Assembly (NCBI GenBank): GCA_022340285.1 | Contig: JAJDOG010000094.1 | Coordinates: 33,046 to 97,045, forward strand | Source of the DNA: Betaproteobacteria bacterium | GTDB lineage: Bacteria; Pseudomonadota; Gammaproteobacteria; Burkholderiales; SG8-39 | DNA: 64,000 bases | Direction of reading: 5' to 3' | Part shown: positions 8,576 through 17,254 of the stretch, piece after piece | How positions within the stretch are numbered: the stretch's first letter is position 1 | Layout: each line of letters opens with the position of its first letter | Made by a program: the position numbers and the translations under genes | The notes under the pieces: model-generated | Told to the model about the DNA's origin: nothing | The model's database searches: none | The model's input: the letters and a program-made list of their open reading frames with translations, nothing else

Positions 8576-9940
8576 ATGCTATCCAGCACGGCACGCAGAT
8601 TGGGCCGGCCGGCGGCTGCGCTACTCGGCGCAGCAGTCATTGCGCTTGGCTCGGGCCTGGCGCACGGCCAGGCCAAAGAGCAGTTCATTCCGGCGAACTT
8701 CTACTGGGTCGGCCCCTATGCTTCAGGCGGCTCGGGGATCGCCGGCGGTTTCATCGACTACTTCAAGATGGTCAACGCGCGCGACGGCGGCGTGAACGGC
8801 GTGAAGATCACCTGGGAGAAGTGCGAGACCGAGTACAACAACGCCCGCGGCGTGGAGTGCTACGAGCGCTCGAAGAACAAGGGCCCGACCGGCGCGTCGC
8901 TGATCCACCCGCTGTCCACAGGGATCACCTACTCGCTGATCGACAAGGGCACCGCCGACAAGATTCCGATCGTGTCGCTCGGCTACGGGCGCGCGGACGC
9001 GACGATCGGCAGCGTCTTCCCGTACGTGTTCCCGCTCATGACGACCTACTGGAGCCAGGCGGCGGCCATGGTCAACTTCCTCGGCCAGCGGGAAGGCGGG
9101 CTCGCCAAGCTGAAGGGCAAGAAGATCGTGCTCCTCTACCATGAGTCGGCTTATGGAAAGGAGCCCATCCCCGTCCTGACCGATCTTTCCAAGAAGTACG
9201 GCTACCAGCTCACCACGATCGCGGTTCCGCACCCCGGCAACGAGCAGCAGTCGCAGTGGCTGCAGATCCGCCAGATCCGTCCCGACTGGGTGATCCTCTG
9301 GGGCTGGGGCGTGATGAACCCGACCGCGTTGAAAGCCGCCCAGAAGACCGGATTCCCGCGCAACAAGATCCTTGGCGTGTGGTGGTCAGGCGCGGAAGAG
9401 GACGTGATTCCGGCGGGCAGCGCGGCCAAGGGTTACATGGCGGCCGGATTCAATGCGCCGGGCACGAGCTATCCCGCCATCCAGGACATCCTCAAGTACG
9501 TCTACGCCAAGGGCGACGGCGAGATGGAGGACAAGTCCCGCGTTGGGTCGATCTACTACAACCGCGGCGTCGTGCTTGCGGCCGTCAGCGTCGAGGCGAT
9601 CAAGGTCGCCCAGGAGCACTTCGGCAAGGGCAAGCCGGTGACCGGTGAGCAGGTTGCGTGGGGACTCGAGCACCTCAACCTCGACGAGAAGCGCTTGAAG
9701 CAGCTCGGCCTGTCCGGTTTCATGCCGCCGACCACGACCGCCTGCAACAACCACGAAGGTTCGGGGCTGGTGAAGTTCCAGCAGTGGGACGGCACCAAGT
9801 GGAAGATACTGACCGCGAACTGGGTCGCTCCCACACCCGAAGATCAGAAGCTGGTGCGTTCGAAGATGGAGGCGTCCGCGGCGAAGTACGCCAAGGACAA
9901 GGGCATCACGCCGCGCGCCAACTGCACCGACGAGAACTGA
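8576..9940 (+). CDS. ABC transporter periplasmic substrate-binding protein (LivK/Peripla_BP_6-like)
   Basis: Signal peptide (...ALGSGLAHGQA), about 430-aa type-I periplasmic binding fold, AGAGGAGAG RBS. A close paralog lies at 33399..34745. Confidence 0.9.
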   Translation: MLSSTARRLGRPAAALLGAAVIALGSGLAHGQAKEQFIPANFYWVGPYASGGSGIAGGFIDYFKMVNARDGGVNGVKITWEKCETEYNNARGVECYERSKNKGPTGASLIHPLSTGITYSLIDKGTADKIPIVSLGYGRADATIGSVFPYVFPLMTTYWSQAAAMVNFLGQREGGLAKLKGKKIVLLYHESAYGKEPIPVLTDLSKKYGYQLTTIAVPHPGNEQQSQWLQIRQIRPDWVILWGWGVMNPTALKAAQKTGFPRNKILGVWWSGAEEDVIPAGSAAKGYMAAGFNAPGTSYPAIQDILKYVYAKGDGEMEDKSRVGSIYYNRGVVLAAVSVEAIKVAQEHFGKGKPVTGEQVAWGLEHLNLDEKRLKQLGLSGFMPPTTTACNNHEGSGLVKFQQWDGTKWKILTANWVAPTPEDQKLVRSKMEASAAKYAKDKGITPRANCTDEN

Positions 9941-9990
9941 TCCGACCCGTCGCGGGGCCCCGCGCCCCGCGCCAGTCAGAGAGCGTTGAC

Positions 9991-10016
9991 CAAGCCCCCT
10001 CCCCGGAGGGGGCTTG
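9991..10016 (+). terminator. strong intra-operon stem-loop after the binding-protein gene (attenuator or mRNA-stabiliser candidate; no U-tract)
   Basis: CAAGCCCCCTC-CCCG-GAGGGGGCTTG gives an 11-bp perfect G/C-rich stem. It lies 51 nt after the SBP stop and 39 nt before the next ATG. Confidence 0.45.
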
Positions 10017-10054
10017 CGCGATGGCTTTCGGGATTAGCGAGATCTGACACTGCC

Positions 10055-10885
10055 ATGTCCACTGCCAACCAGCCGTCCTCCGCGCCGCAGACCTATCTGG
10101 AGGTCAACAATGTCGAGGTCATCTACGATCACGTGATCCTCGTCCTCAAAGGCGTCTCCCTCAAGGTGGACAAGGGCCAGATCGTGGCGCTGCTCGGCGC
10201 GAACGGCGCCGGCAAGACCACGACCCTCAAGGCCATTTCGAACCTGCTGCGCGCGGAGCGCGGCGATGTCACCAAAGGCACGATCGAGTTCGACGGGCGC
10301 CCCATCGACCATCTCACGCCAAACGATGTCGTGCGCCTGGGCGTGTGCCAGGTGATGGAAGGCCGGCACTGCTTCCAGCACCTCACGGTCGAGGAGAACC
10401 TGCTGACCGGGGCGTTCACGCGCAAAGCGGGCCGCTCGGCGCTGCGCGACGATCTCGAGCTCGTCTACAAGTACTTTCCGCGCCTGAAGGAGCGGCGCAA
10501 TTCGCTGGCAGGGTATACCTCCGGGGGCGAACAGCAGATGACTGCGATCGGGCGTGCGTTGATGGCGCGGCCGAAGATGATCCTGCTCGACGAGCCGTCG
10601 ATGGGCCTCGCCCCGCAGCTCGTCGAAGAGATCTTCGGCATCGTGCAGCGCCTGAATGCGAACGAGGGCGTGTCGATCCTGCTCGCGGAGCAGAACACGA
10701 ATATCGCGCTCAAGTACGCCAACTACGGGTACATCCTCGAGAACGGCCGCGTGGTGATGGACGGCGAAGCGCGCAGCCTGGCGGAGAACGAGGACGTGAA
10801 GGAGTTCTACCTCGGGCTCTCCGCAGCGGGCCGCAAGAGCTTCCGCGACACGAAGTTCTATCGTCGCCGCAAGCGCTGGCTCTGA
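10055..10885 (+). CDS. ABC transporter ATP-binding protein, LivF-like
   Basis: Walker A GANGAGKTT, signature SGGEQQM, Walker B ILLDEPSMGL. Start taken at ATG 10055 (MSTANQPS...). Confidence 0.9.
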   Translation: MSTANQPSSAPQTYLEVNNVEVIYDHVILVLKGVSLKVDKGQIVALLGANGAGKTTTLKAISNLLRAERGDVTKGTIEFDGRPIDHLTPNDVVRLGVCQVMEGRHCFQHLTVEENLLTGAFTRKAGRSALRDDLELVYKYFPRLKERRNSLAGYTSGGEQQMTAIGRALMARPKMILLDEPSMGLAPQLVEEIFGIVQRLNANEGVSILLAEQNTNIALKYANYGYILENGRVVMDGEARSLAENEDVKEFYLGLSAAGRKSFRDTKFYRRRKRWL

Positions 10886-10895
10886 CGTTCAGCGG

Positions 10896-12170
10896 GTGCT
10901 CACGCCTATGTCATCCGGGATGGCTGAGTACTTCGACAAGCTCGAGCGCCGGGACCCTCAACAACGCGAGGAAGCGCTGCTCGCGGCGCTGGCCAAGCAC
11001 ATTGCGCACGCCAAGGCCAACGCACCGGGATTTGCACGCATTTTGAAGGACGTCGACCCGGCAGCCGTCTCCTCGCGCGAGGCGCTCGCCAGGCTTCCCG
11101 TCACCCGCAAGTCGGACCTGAAGGACCTTCAGCACGCCGATCGTCCTCTCGGGGGGTTGAATGCCACGCCGCTCGGCAAGCTCGCGAAGATCTTCGTGTC
11201 CCCCGGTCCGGTCTACGACCCGGAGGGCCACGGCAAGGACTGGTGGCGCACGGCGCGGGCCCTGCACGCCGCAGGATTTCGCGCCGGCGACCTCGTCGCG
11301 AACACGTTCTCCTATCACTTCACGCCGGCCGGGTCGATGCTCGAAAGCGGCGCGATCGCGCTGGGGTGTGCGGTGGTGCCGACGGGCATCGGACAAACCG
11401 AGATGCAGGTCGCGACGATCGCCGATCTCGGCGCCAACGCCTATATCGGAACGCCGTCGTTTCTGAAGTTGATCGTCGAGAAGGCCGACGACACGAAAAC
11501 CAACATTGCTTGCCTGAAAAAGGCGATGGTCGGCGCCGAATACCTGCCGCCCGCGCTGCGTGAAGCGATGCGCGCGCGAGGGATGGCGGTCATGCAGTGC
11601 TATGCGACAGCCGACCTCGGCCTGATCGCGTACGAGTCCGCAATGCCCGACGGCACCGTCAACCCCGGCATGATCGCCGACGAGGGCATCGTCCTCGAGA
11701 TCGTGCGCCCCGGAACCGGCGAGCCGGTTCCCGAGGGTGAGGTCGGCGAAGTGGTCGTGACGAGCTTCAACCCCGACTATCCGCTCATCCGCTTCGGCAC
11801 CGGCGACCTCTCCGCCGTGCTGCCGGGCCCGAGCCCGTGCGGGCGCACCAACGTGCGTATCAAGGGCTGGATGGGTCGCGCCGACCAGACCACCAAGGTC
11901 AAGGCGATGTTCGTGACCCCATCACAGGTAGCCGAAGTGGTCAGGCGCCACCGGGAGATCCGCAAGGCGCGGCTGGTCGTAGATCAGGCAGGAGGACAGG
12001 ACCGAATGACACTGCACTGCGAAGTCGCTGACGGCGGTGACGCGCTTGCCAAGGCGATCGTCGAGAGCATCCGCGACGTCACCAAGCTGCGCGGCGAAGT
12101 CGAGTTCGTGAAGTCCGGCACGCTGCCGAACGACGGCAAGGTCATCGATGACATTCGCAAATACGAATAG
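10896..12170 (+). CDS. phenylacetate-CoA-ligase-like (PaaK / F390-synthetase family) protein with degenerate P-loop
   Basis: Overall PaaK-like layout (N-terminal helical region, RFGTGD, C-terminal small domain). SPGPVYDP sits where PaaK has SSGTTGKP. Start uncertain (GTG 10896, ATG 10908 or ATG 10920). Confidence 0.7.
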   Translation: MLTPMSSGMAEYFDKLERRDPQQREEALLAALAKHIAHAKANAPGFARILKDVDPAAVSSREALARLPVTRKSDLKDLQHADRPLGGLNATPLGKLAKIFVSPGPVYDPEGHGKDWWRTARALHAAGFRAGDLVANTFSYHFTPAGSMLESGAIALGCAVVPTGIGQTEMQVATIADLGANAYIGTPSFLKLIVEKADDTKTNIACLKKAMVGAEYLPPALREAMRARGMAVMQCYATADLGLIAYESAMPDGTVNPGMIADEGIVLEIVRPGTGEPVPEGEVGEVVVTSFNPDYPLIRFGTGDLSAVLPGPSPCGRTNVRIKGWMGRADQTTKVKAMFVTPSQVAEVVRRHREIRKARLVVDQAGGQDRMTLHCEVADGGDALAKAIVESIRDVTKLRGEVEFVKSGTLPNDGKVIDDIRKYE

Positions 12171-12215
12171 CGCGTTTTGCGCGGCCGCGGGCCACTGCGG
12201 TAGGGGAGGCTGTTC

Positions 12216-12371
12216 ATGATCGTCGTTCCGTTCATACTGATGGTCGTGGCGGCGCTGGTCGCGACGATCGGCATGCGCCGGGTCTCGCTCTGGGTCTGGT
12301 TCGTCGCGTTCGCCGCCTTGCTCTTCGTTTTCGGCCAGTACCCGTTCGACGTGCTTAACATCGCCCTATAG
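12216..12371 (+). CDS. small two-TM membrane protein (51 aa), below the ORF-track length cutoff
   Basis: ATG preceded by GGGGAGG. Translation is MIVVPFILMVVAALVATIGMRRVSLWVWFVAFAALLFVFGQYPFDVLNIAL*. Third-position GC is high like its neighbours, and it ends 8 nt before the next start. Confidence 0.45.
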   Translation: MIVVPFILMVVAALVATIGMRRVSLWVWFVAFAALLFVFGQYPFDVLNIAL

Positions 12372-12379
12372 AGCATCCC

Positions 12380-12919
12380 ATGGCCACCCTTGCACGTGCC
12401 CTAAACTCCCTTGCGCTGCTCGTCGTCTGCGCCGTGCTGCTTTTCGTTCTCTACTGGGAACTGATGCGCGGCGAGTTCCCCGGCGGGCTCGGACTGCAGC
12501 AGCGCGCCGCATTGCTCGGCGTGGGCCTGGGCATGCTCCTGAACGTGCGCTTCGGAGCGTCCGAGTCGCATTACGGCGTCATCCTGGCGAGCGCGCTCCT
12601 CGGCGCCTGGGTCGCTGGCCGCCAGATGCTGGGCTACATCGTGATCGCCGGCAGCTACGGTTCGGCGATCTTCGAGTGGCATTTCTATACCTGGGCGTTT
12701 GCCGGATTCTGCGTGACGATCGTGTTCGCCACGGCATTGCTTTTCATGGAGGGACAGTTCTTCGAGGGCGTGCGCGACACGCGGCCTAGCAGCGCTGCGC
12801 AAGCGGCGGGCTGGTTGTTTGTCCTCGTGGCGCTGGCCCACGCCGTATCCGCGCTGCTCCAGTGCGGATTCGAGGCGTGCATCGACGCACCAGCCGGCTA
12901 CGAACTCTTGCTCAAGTGA
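12380..12919 (+). CDS. polytopic membrane protein, DsbB-like but lacking the first CxxC pair
   Basis: FPGGLGLQQRAALLGVGLG aligns position-for-position with E. coli DsbB KPCVLCIYERCALFGVLGA, with both Cys replaced by Gly and the Arg kept. Four to five TM segments. The stop overlaps the next start (GTGA). Confidence 0.45.
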   Translation: MATLARALNSLALLVVCAVLLFVLYWELMRGEFPGGLGLQQRAALLGVGLGMLLNVRFGASESHYGVILASALLGAWVAGRQMLGYIVIAGSYGSAIFEWHFYTWAFAGFCVTIVFATALLFMEGQFFEGVRDTRPSSAAQAAGWLFVLVALAHAVSALLQCGFEACIDAPAGYELLLK

Positions 12920-13776
12920 ACCGACGTTTGAGATGGCTGGGCCTGCTGGCCCTGGTGACGCTCGATTGCGCAGCGTTCGCGCAGGGTCCGGTGGAGGACG
13001 TGCCCTTCGTTCCGACACCGCAGTCGGTGGTGGAGGCGATGCTCAAGCTCGCACAGGTGCGCCCCAGGGATTTCGTCATCGATCTCGGCTCGGGCGACGG
13101 GCGTATCGTGATCACGGCGGCGCGTCAGTTCGGCGCCGAAGGGCTCGGAATCGAGTACGACGAAGCGCTCCTGGAGCGGGCGACCAAGGCGGCGGCCGAG
13201 GCGGGCGTCGCCGATCGCGTGACGTTCATCAAGCAGGACCTCTTCCAGACGGACCTGTCGCAGGCCACCGTGCTGACGCTCTATCTCCTGCCGGAGGTCA
13301 ATCTCGCGCTGCGCCCTAAGATTCTCGAGCAGCTGCGGCCCGGCGCACGAGTCGTCTCGCACGACTGGGACATGGGCGACTGGGAGCCCGACGCGAAGAT
13401 CGAGGTCGACGCGCCGGACAAGGAGGTCGGCGCGCAGAAAAAGAGCACGGTGTTCCTGTGGGTCGTTCCCGCCCGGGTGGAAGGCGCGTGGCGCTCGCGC
13501 CTCGGCGCGGGCGGCGAGCTCGAGCTCGAGCTCAAGCAGAAATATCAGCACGTAACCGGCACGGTCCGCTACCGGAACGTGGAGTGCCCCGTCGCGGAAG
13601 CGACGCTGTCGGGCGACCGGCTCGCCATCCGCGCCTGCGAGGAGCGAAACCGGCTGCTGATGGTCGGCAAGGTGCATCCGGACCGGATCGTGGGCATGGT
13701 CTCCCGCGGCGGCGCTCCGCGCACCCAGTTCCGGGCGCTGCGGGACAAGCCGGACGCCTTTCCCAGCTTCCGGTGA
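12916..13776 (+). CDS. N-terminally anchored or exported class I SAM methyltransferase (FAM173/ATPSC-KMT-like core) with C-terminal extension
   Basis: GTG start overlaps the upstream stop. Hydrophobic N-terminus (RLRWLGLLALVTLDCAAFAQG), then PFVPTPQSVVEAMLKL...VIDLGSGDGRIVITAA...GIEYDEAL, matching the 7-beta-strand lysine-MTase family signature. Confidence 0.65.
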   Translation: MNRRLRWLGLLALVTLDCAAFAQGPVEDVPFVPTPQSVVEAMLKLAQVRPRDFVIDLGSGDGRIVITAARQFGAEGLGIEYDEALLERATKAAAEAGVADRVTFIKQDLFQTDLSQATVLTLYLLPEVNLALRPKILEQLRPGARVVSHDWDMGDWEPDAKIEVDAPDKEVGAQKKSTVFLWVVPARVEGAWRSRLGAGGELELELKQKYQHVTGTVRYRNVECPVAEATLSGDRLAIRACEERNRLLMVGKVHPDRIVGMVSRGGAPRTQFRALRDKPDAFPSFR

Positions 13777-13828
13777 CGGGGGCGATGCGCGCGAGGCCAT
13801 CATTCACGCAGATCGATCGGAGGAAAGC

Positions 13829-14644
13829 ATGACCGTGCGCGTCGAGAAATCCGGAAAGGTCTGGACGGTCATTCACAGCCGACCCGAAGCGCGTAACGCG
13901 ATGGATCCTGAGAGCGCCGACGCGCTCGTCGACGCTTTCGTTGCATTCGATCGGGACCCGGATGCCGCGGTGGCGGTACTGTGGGGAGAAGGCGGCGCGT
14001 TTTGCGCCGGCTGGGACCTCAAGTACGGCGCGGCGCTCGTCGGCGAGCAGCGACCGCTCGAGGACATCGCCTATCCGCTCGACGAGCGTGTCGGGGAGAA
14101 CGGCCAACTGCCGCGCGGCCCGATGGGTCCCACCCGCCTCGAGCTCGACAAGCCGGTGATCGCTGCCGTCGCCGGTCCCGCGGTGGCCGGCGGTTTCGAG
14201 CTCGCGCTCTGGTGCGACGTGCGCGTGATGGAAGCTTCCGCGTACTTCGGGGTCTACTGCCGGCGCTGGGGCGTGCCGCTCATCGACGGCGGCACGGTGC
14301 GGCTGCCGCGGCTCGTCGGAGCCGGACGTGCGATGGAGATCATCCTCACCGGCCGCAAAGTGCCGGCGGAGGAGGCCCTGCGCATCGGCGCGTGCGAGCA
14401 GGTGGTCGCGGACGGAGAATCGCGTACGCATGCCGAGGCGATGGCGCACGAGATCGCGCGGTTTCCTCAAGCATGCGTGCGCGCCGACCGACGCTCGGCA
14501 CACATGCAGCACGGCCTGTCGCTGCGCGAAGCGATGCGCCGCGAGTGGTACAACGGCATCCCCGCATTCGTTTCGGAGGGGGCGGAGGGCGCGAGCCGGT
14601 TCGCCGGTGGCAAGGGCCGCCACGGCGATTTCGGAAATATCTAG
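13829..14644 (+). CDS. enoyl-CoA hydratase/isomerase (crotonase) family protein
   Basis: RPEARNAM...GGAFCAGWDL oxyanion-hole region, AAVAGPAVAGGFELALWCD. GGAGGAAA RBS. Confidence 0.85.
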   Translation: MTVRVEKSGKVWTVIHSRPEARNAMDPESADALVDAFVAFDRDPDAAVAVLWGEGGAFCAGWDLKYGAALVGEQRPLEDIAYPLDERVGENGQLPRGPMGPTRLELDKPVIAAVAGPAVAGGFELALWCDVRVMEASAYFGVYCRRWGVPLIDGGTVRLPRLVGAGRAMEIILTGRKVPAEEALRIGACEQVVADGESRTHAEAMAHEIARFPQACVRADRRSAHMQHGLSLREAMRREWYNGIPAFVSEGAEGASRFAGGKGRHGDFGNI

Positions 14645-14650
14645 CGCGCT

Positions 14651-15550
14651 CTAGCGCCGCCGCGCATACAGCGTGAGGTTGTGGCCCGCTCCGGCGAAGC
14701 GGGACGGCATGTCGAGCGCGCTCGCGACGACTTTCGCGAGGCGGTAGACCACGCCCGGGTACTGGCCCTTCTCGGCGAGGCGCACCTGGCGCGTTTCCAG
14801 CCGTGCGACGTCGAAACCCGTGCGCTCCGCCAGCAGCCGAAGCGATCCGGGATTGAAGAAGCTCACGTGTCCGCCCATGCCGCGCAGGCTGAAGACGTCC
14901 CAGTGCGCGCCCATCGCGCGCGCCGTCCAGCTCGCGCCGTTGGGCGTGGTCGCCATCAGCACTCCTCCTGGCCGCAGGATCCGCCGGCACTCAGCGAGCA
15001 GGGCGCGCGGCTCGCGCAGGTGCTCGACAAGCTCGATGAGCGTCACCGCATCGAAGCTCGCTTCCGGGTAGCGGGCGTCCTCGAGCAGTCCCGTATGAAC
15101 GCGAAATCCCGCGTTGCGCGCCGCCTCGGCAGCCTCCGGCGAGATCTCCACGCCTTCCGCTTCGAAGCCGCTCTCGCGCGCGGCAAGGAGAAACGCGCCG
15201 CTCGAGCAGCCGACGTCGAGAAGCTTCACTTGCGCGGTGCGGCGCCCGAGCACCGATAGCAGGGATTGGAGCCGCCGTCGACTGACGCGCGCGTGCCGCC
15301 GCACCGAGCGGGCATCGGGCAGCGTGCCGGCGGCGGTGTCCCATTTTGCGAGTGCGGCGTGATACGCGTCTGCGCTGCATTGGCTCAGGAGCTGCCCGCA
15401 GGCCGAGCAACGCAGCAGCGGTCCCTCAGGCAGGACGATCTGCGTTGCGACGAGCGGCGCCATGCATCCGACCGGGCAATGCGTGATGAAGCGCGCATCC
15501 GTTGGGTCGGGTGCCGCGCTATGATGTCGCGAGGCGAGCACGTCGTTCAC
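14651..15550 (-). CDS. class I SAM methyltransferase with N-terminal Cys4 zinc-ribbon
   Basis: CPVGC...CSACG, then LLDVGCSSGAFL (motif I) and LRPGGVLM. GTG start overlaps the MBL stop (GTGA). Track ORF 14651..15985 is over-extended. Confidence 0.75.
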   Translation of the reverse strand: MNDVLASRHHSAAPDPTDARFITHCPVGCMAPLVATQIVLPEGPLLRCSACGQLLSQCSADAYHAALAKWDTAAGTLPDARSVRRHARVSRRRLQSLLSVLGRRTAQVKLLDVGCSSGAFLLAARESGFEAEGVEISPEAAEAARNAGFRVHTGLLEDARYPEASFDAVTLIELVEHLREPRALLAECRRILRPGGVLMATTPNGASWTARAMGAHWDVFSLRGMGGHVSFFNPGSLRLLAERTGFDVARLETRQVRLAEKGQYPGVVYRLAKVVASALDMPSRFAGAGHNLTLYARRR

Positions 15551-16476
15551 GCGACAACAAGCGGCACGATCCTGTCGCCTTCCCGCTTCAGCGCGCGGGC
15601 GCGCGCGAGCTCCTCGACGAGCCACGCCGCGTAGCGCTCCGGCGTCCAGTTGAAGAAGCGCCGGTTGAGGTCGCGCAGGATCGGGACCTCCTCGACGTAG
15701 CCCGTGAGGCGCGCGACTGGCAGGCTGCGCCGTTCGAGGAGGGTGAATGTCAGCATGACCTTCGCGCAATGCCGGGCGAGCCGGCCGACATCCTCCTCGA
15801 AGCCGCGCAGGCGCGAGAATGCGCGGTCCAGGGCGGCGTCGACGTCGGTGAAGATCCGGCCGTGGCCCGGAATGACGACCGCCACATCGAGCTTCGCGAT
15901 GGATTCGAGCGTCCCGCGCGTCTCGGCGAAGGTGGTTGCGCGGCCCGAGAGGTAGGGAAAGAGCACGCCGAAACCGTTCTCCCACAGGGCATCGCCGGAG
16001 ATGAGAATTCGCTTGACGGGTGCATAGAGCATCGTCGCGTGCGGGTCGTGCCCCGGTGCGGCGAGCACCTGCCAGTCGAGCTCGCCGAGCCGCAGCGTAT
16101 CGCCCGGGGCGAACGTGTCGTCGATGCGAAAGCGCTCGGCGCGCTGGTCGGCGTAGGAAAGCAGGAGTGCCTCCTCGTCCCAGCGCTCGATCAGCGGCGC
16201 TTCACCGACGGGAATGCTGGTGCGGCAATCGTACTCGCGCTGGAGCGCTGCGTTTCCGCCCATGTGATCGGAATGACAGTGCGTATTGACGAGGCGCGCC
16301 AAGGCTCCGCCGCCGAGTTGTTGCGCGACCAGCGCGAGGGTCTGCGGGGCGTGGGTGAGATAACCGCTGTCGACGAGCGTCGGGCCCGCACCACCCTTGA
16401 GGAGGACGTTGTTCGATGACAGCCAACCGCGCTCGAGGACCTTGACCGTATCGGGGAGCACCGCGGCGCCCAGCAT
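15547..16476 (-). CDS. MBL-fold metallo-hydrolase with C-terminal helical extension
   Basis: HCHSDHMGG metal motif, later PGHDPH and GHG. ATG 16476 lies 1 nt after the upstream stop. Confidence 0.85.
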   Translation of the reverse strand: MLGAAVLPDTVKVLERGWLSSNNVLLKGGAGPTLVDSGYLTHAPQTLALVAQQLGGGALARLVNTHCHSDHMGGNAALQREYDCRTSIPVGEAPLIERWDEEALLLSYADQRAERFRIDDTFAPGDTLRLGELDWQVLAAPGHDPHATMLYAPVKRILISGDALWENGFGVLFPYLSGRATTFAETRGTLESIAKLDVAVVIPGHGRIFTDVDAALDRAFSRLRGFEEDVGRLARHCAKVMLTFTLLERRSLPVARLTGYVEEVPILRDLNRRFFNWTPERYAAWLVEELARARALKREGDRIVPLVVA

Positions 16477-16477
16477 A

Positions 16478-17251
16478 TCACTCGGGGCGCACGTTGGCGT
16501 AGACGACCCCCGCAACGGTCCCGTCGCTCTTTCGCAGCGCGAGCAGCGCGCTGCTGTAGCGTCCCCGCAGCGGCACGAACGCAAAATCCTCGAACCGCGC
16601 GCCGCGCTCCGTGAGGAACTCGTCGATGAGGCTGCCGGCTTCCGGCGCGAACGATTCGAGCGCTGCGCGGTCCCGCGACTCCGCGACGATGGTCGTCAGC
16701 GCGCGCCCCTCGATGGGGAGCCACAGATGGGTCGACGAAAGCAGGCTCGGGCCGCCCATCAGGACAGACATGAGCATGCCGCGTGCCTGCGCGGGATCCG
16801 ACGAGAGCGGGATGAAGACGAGGGGCGGATGCCCCACGAGCCGCGCGCGTAGCTCGGCGGCCGGCGGCGCGTCGCGGATCAACGGCTCGGTGACCGGAAA
16901 GAACGTGCGCACCGGGCCGCCGACATACGCCGCATAGAGTGGACGTTGAGAATACAGAACCTGTACACCCCAGCTGAGCGCCACGGCCTGCAGGAAGGCG
17001 ATCACCGCGAAATTGATCGCGTTGTCGCGACGCTGGGGCCGGTAGACCAGGAACGTGATCAGCGGGCCGATCACGAGGTCCACCGCGGCAGCGAGCGCGA
17101 TCATCGCGAGGCCGCCATCGATGCGGAAGTACGGCTCGGGGAACCACAGCATCAGGACCACGTAGATCACCGCGCTGAACACCACCGCGCTCACCGCGAC
17201 GTGAATCGCGAACGCTTTGGCCTTGCTGGCGAGAAGTGTGCGGCTCCACAT
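16478..17251 (-). CDS. integral membrane protein, type IV pilin accessory (TfpB/FimB)-like
   Basis: N-terminal three TM segments (KAFAIHVAVSAVVFSAVIYVVLMLWFPEPYF...VDLVIGPLITFLVY) resemble the FimB/TfpB accessory family as I remember it, followed by a soluble C-terminal half. Family call is tentative. Confidence 0.4.
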   Translation of the reverse strand: MWSRTLLASKAKAFAIHVAVSAVVFSAVIYVVLMLWFPEPYFRIDGGLAMIALAAAVDLVIGPLITFLVYRPQRRDNAINFAVIAFLQAVALSWGVQVLYSQRPLYAAYVGGPVRTFFPVTEPLIRDAPPAAELRARLVGHPPLVFIPLSSDPAQARGMLMSVLMGGPSLLSSTHLWLPIEGRALTTIVAESRDRAALESFAPEAGSLIDEFLTERGARFEDFAFVPLRGRYSSALLALRKSDGTVAGVVYANVRPE

Positions 17252-17254
17252 GGA

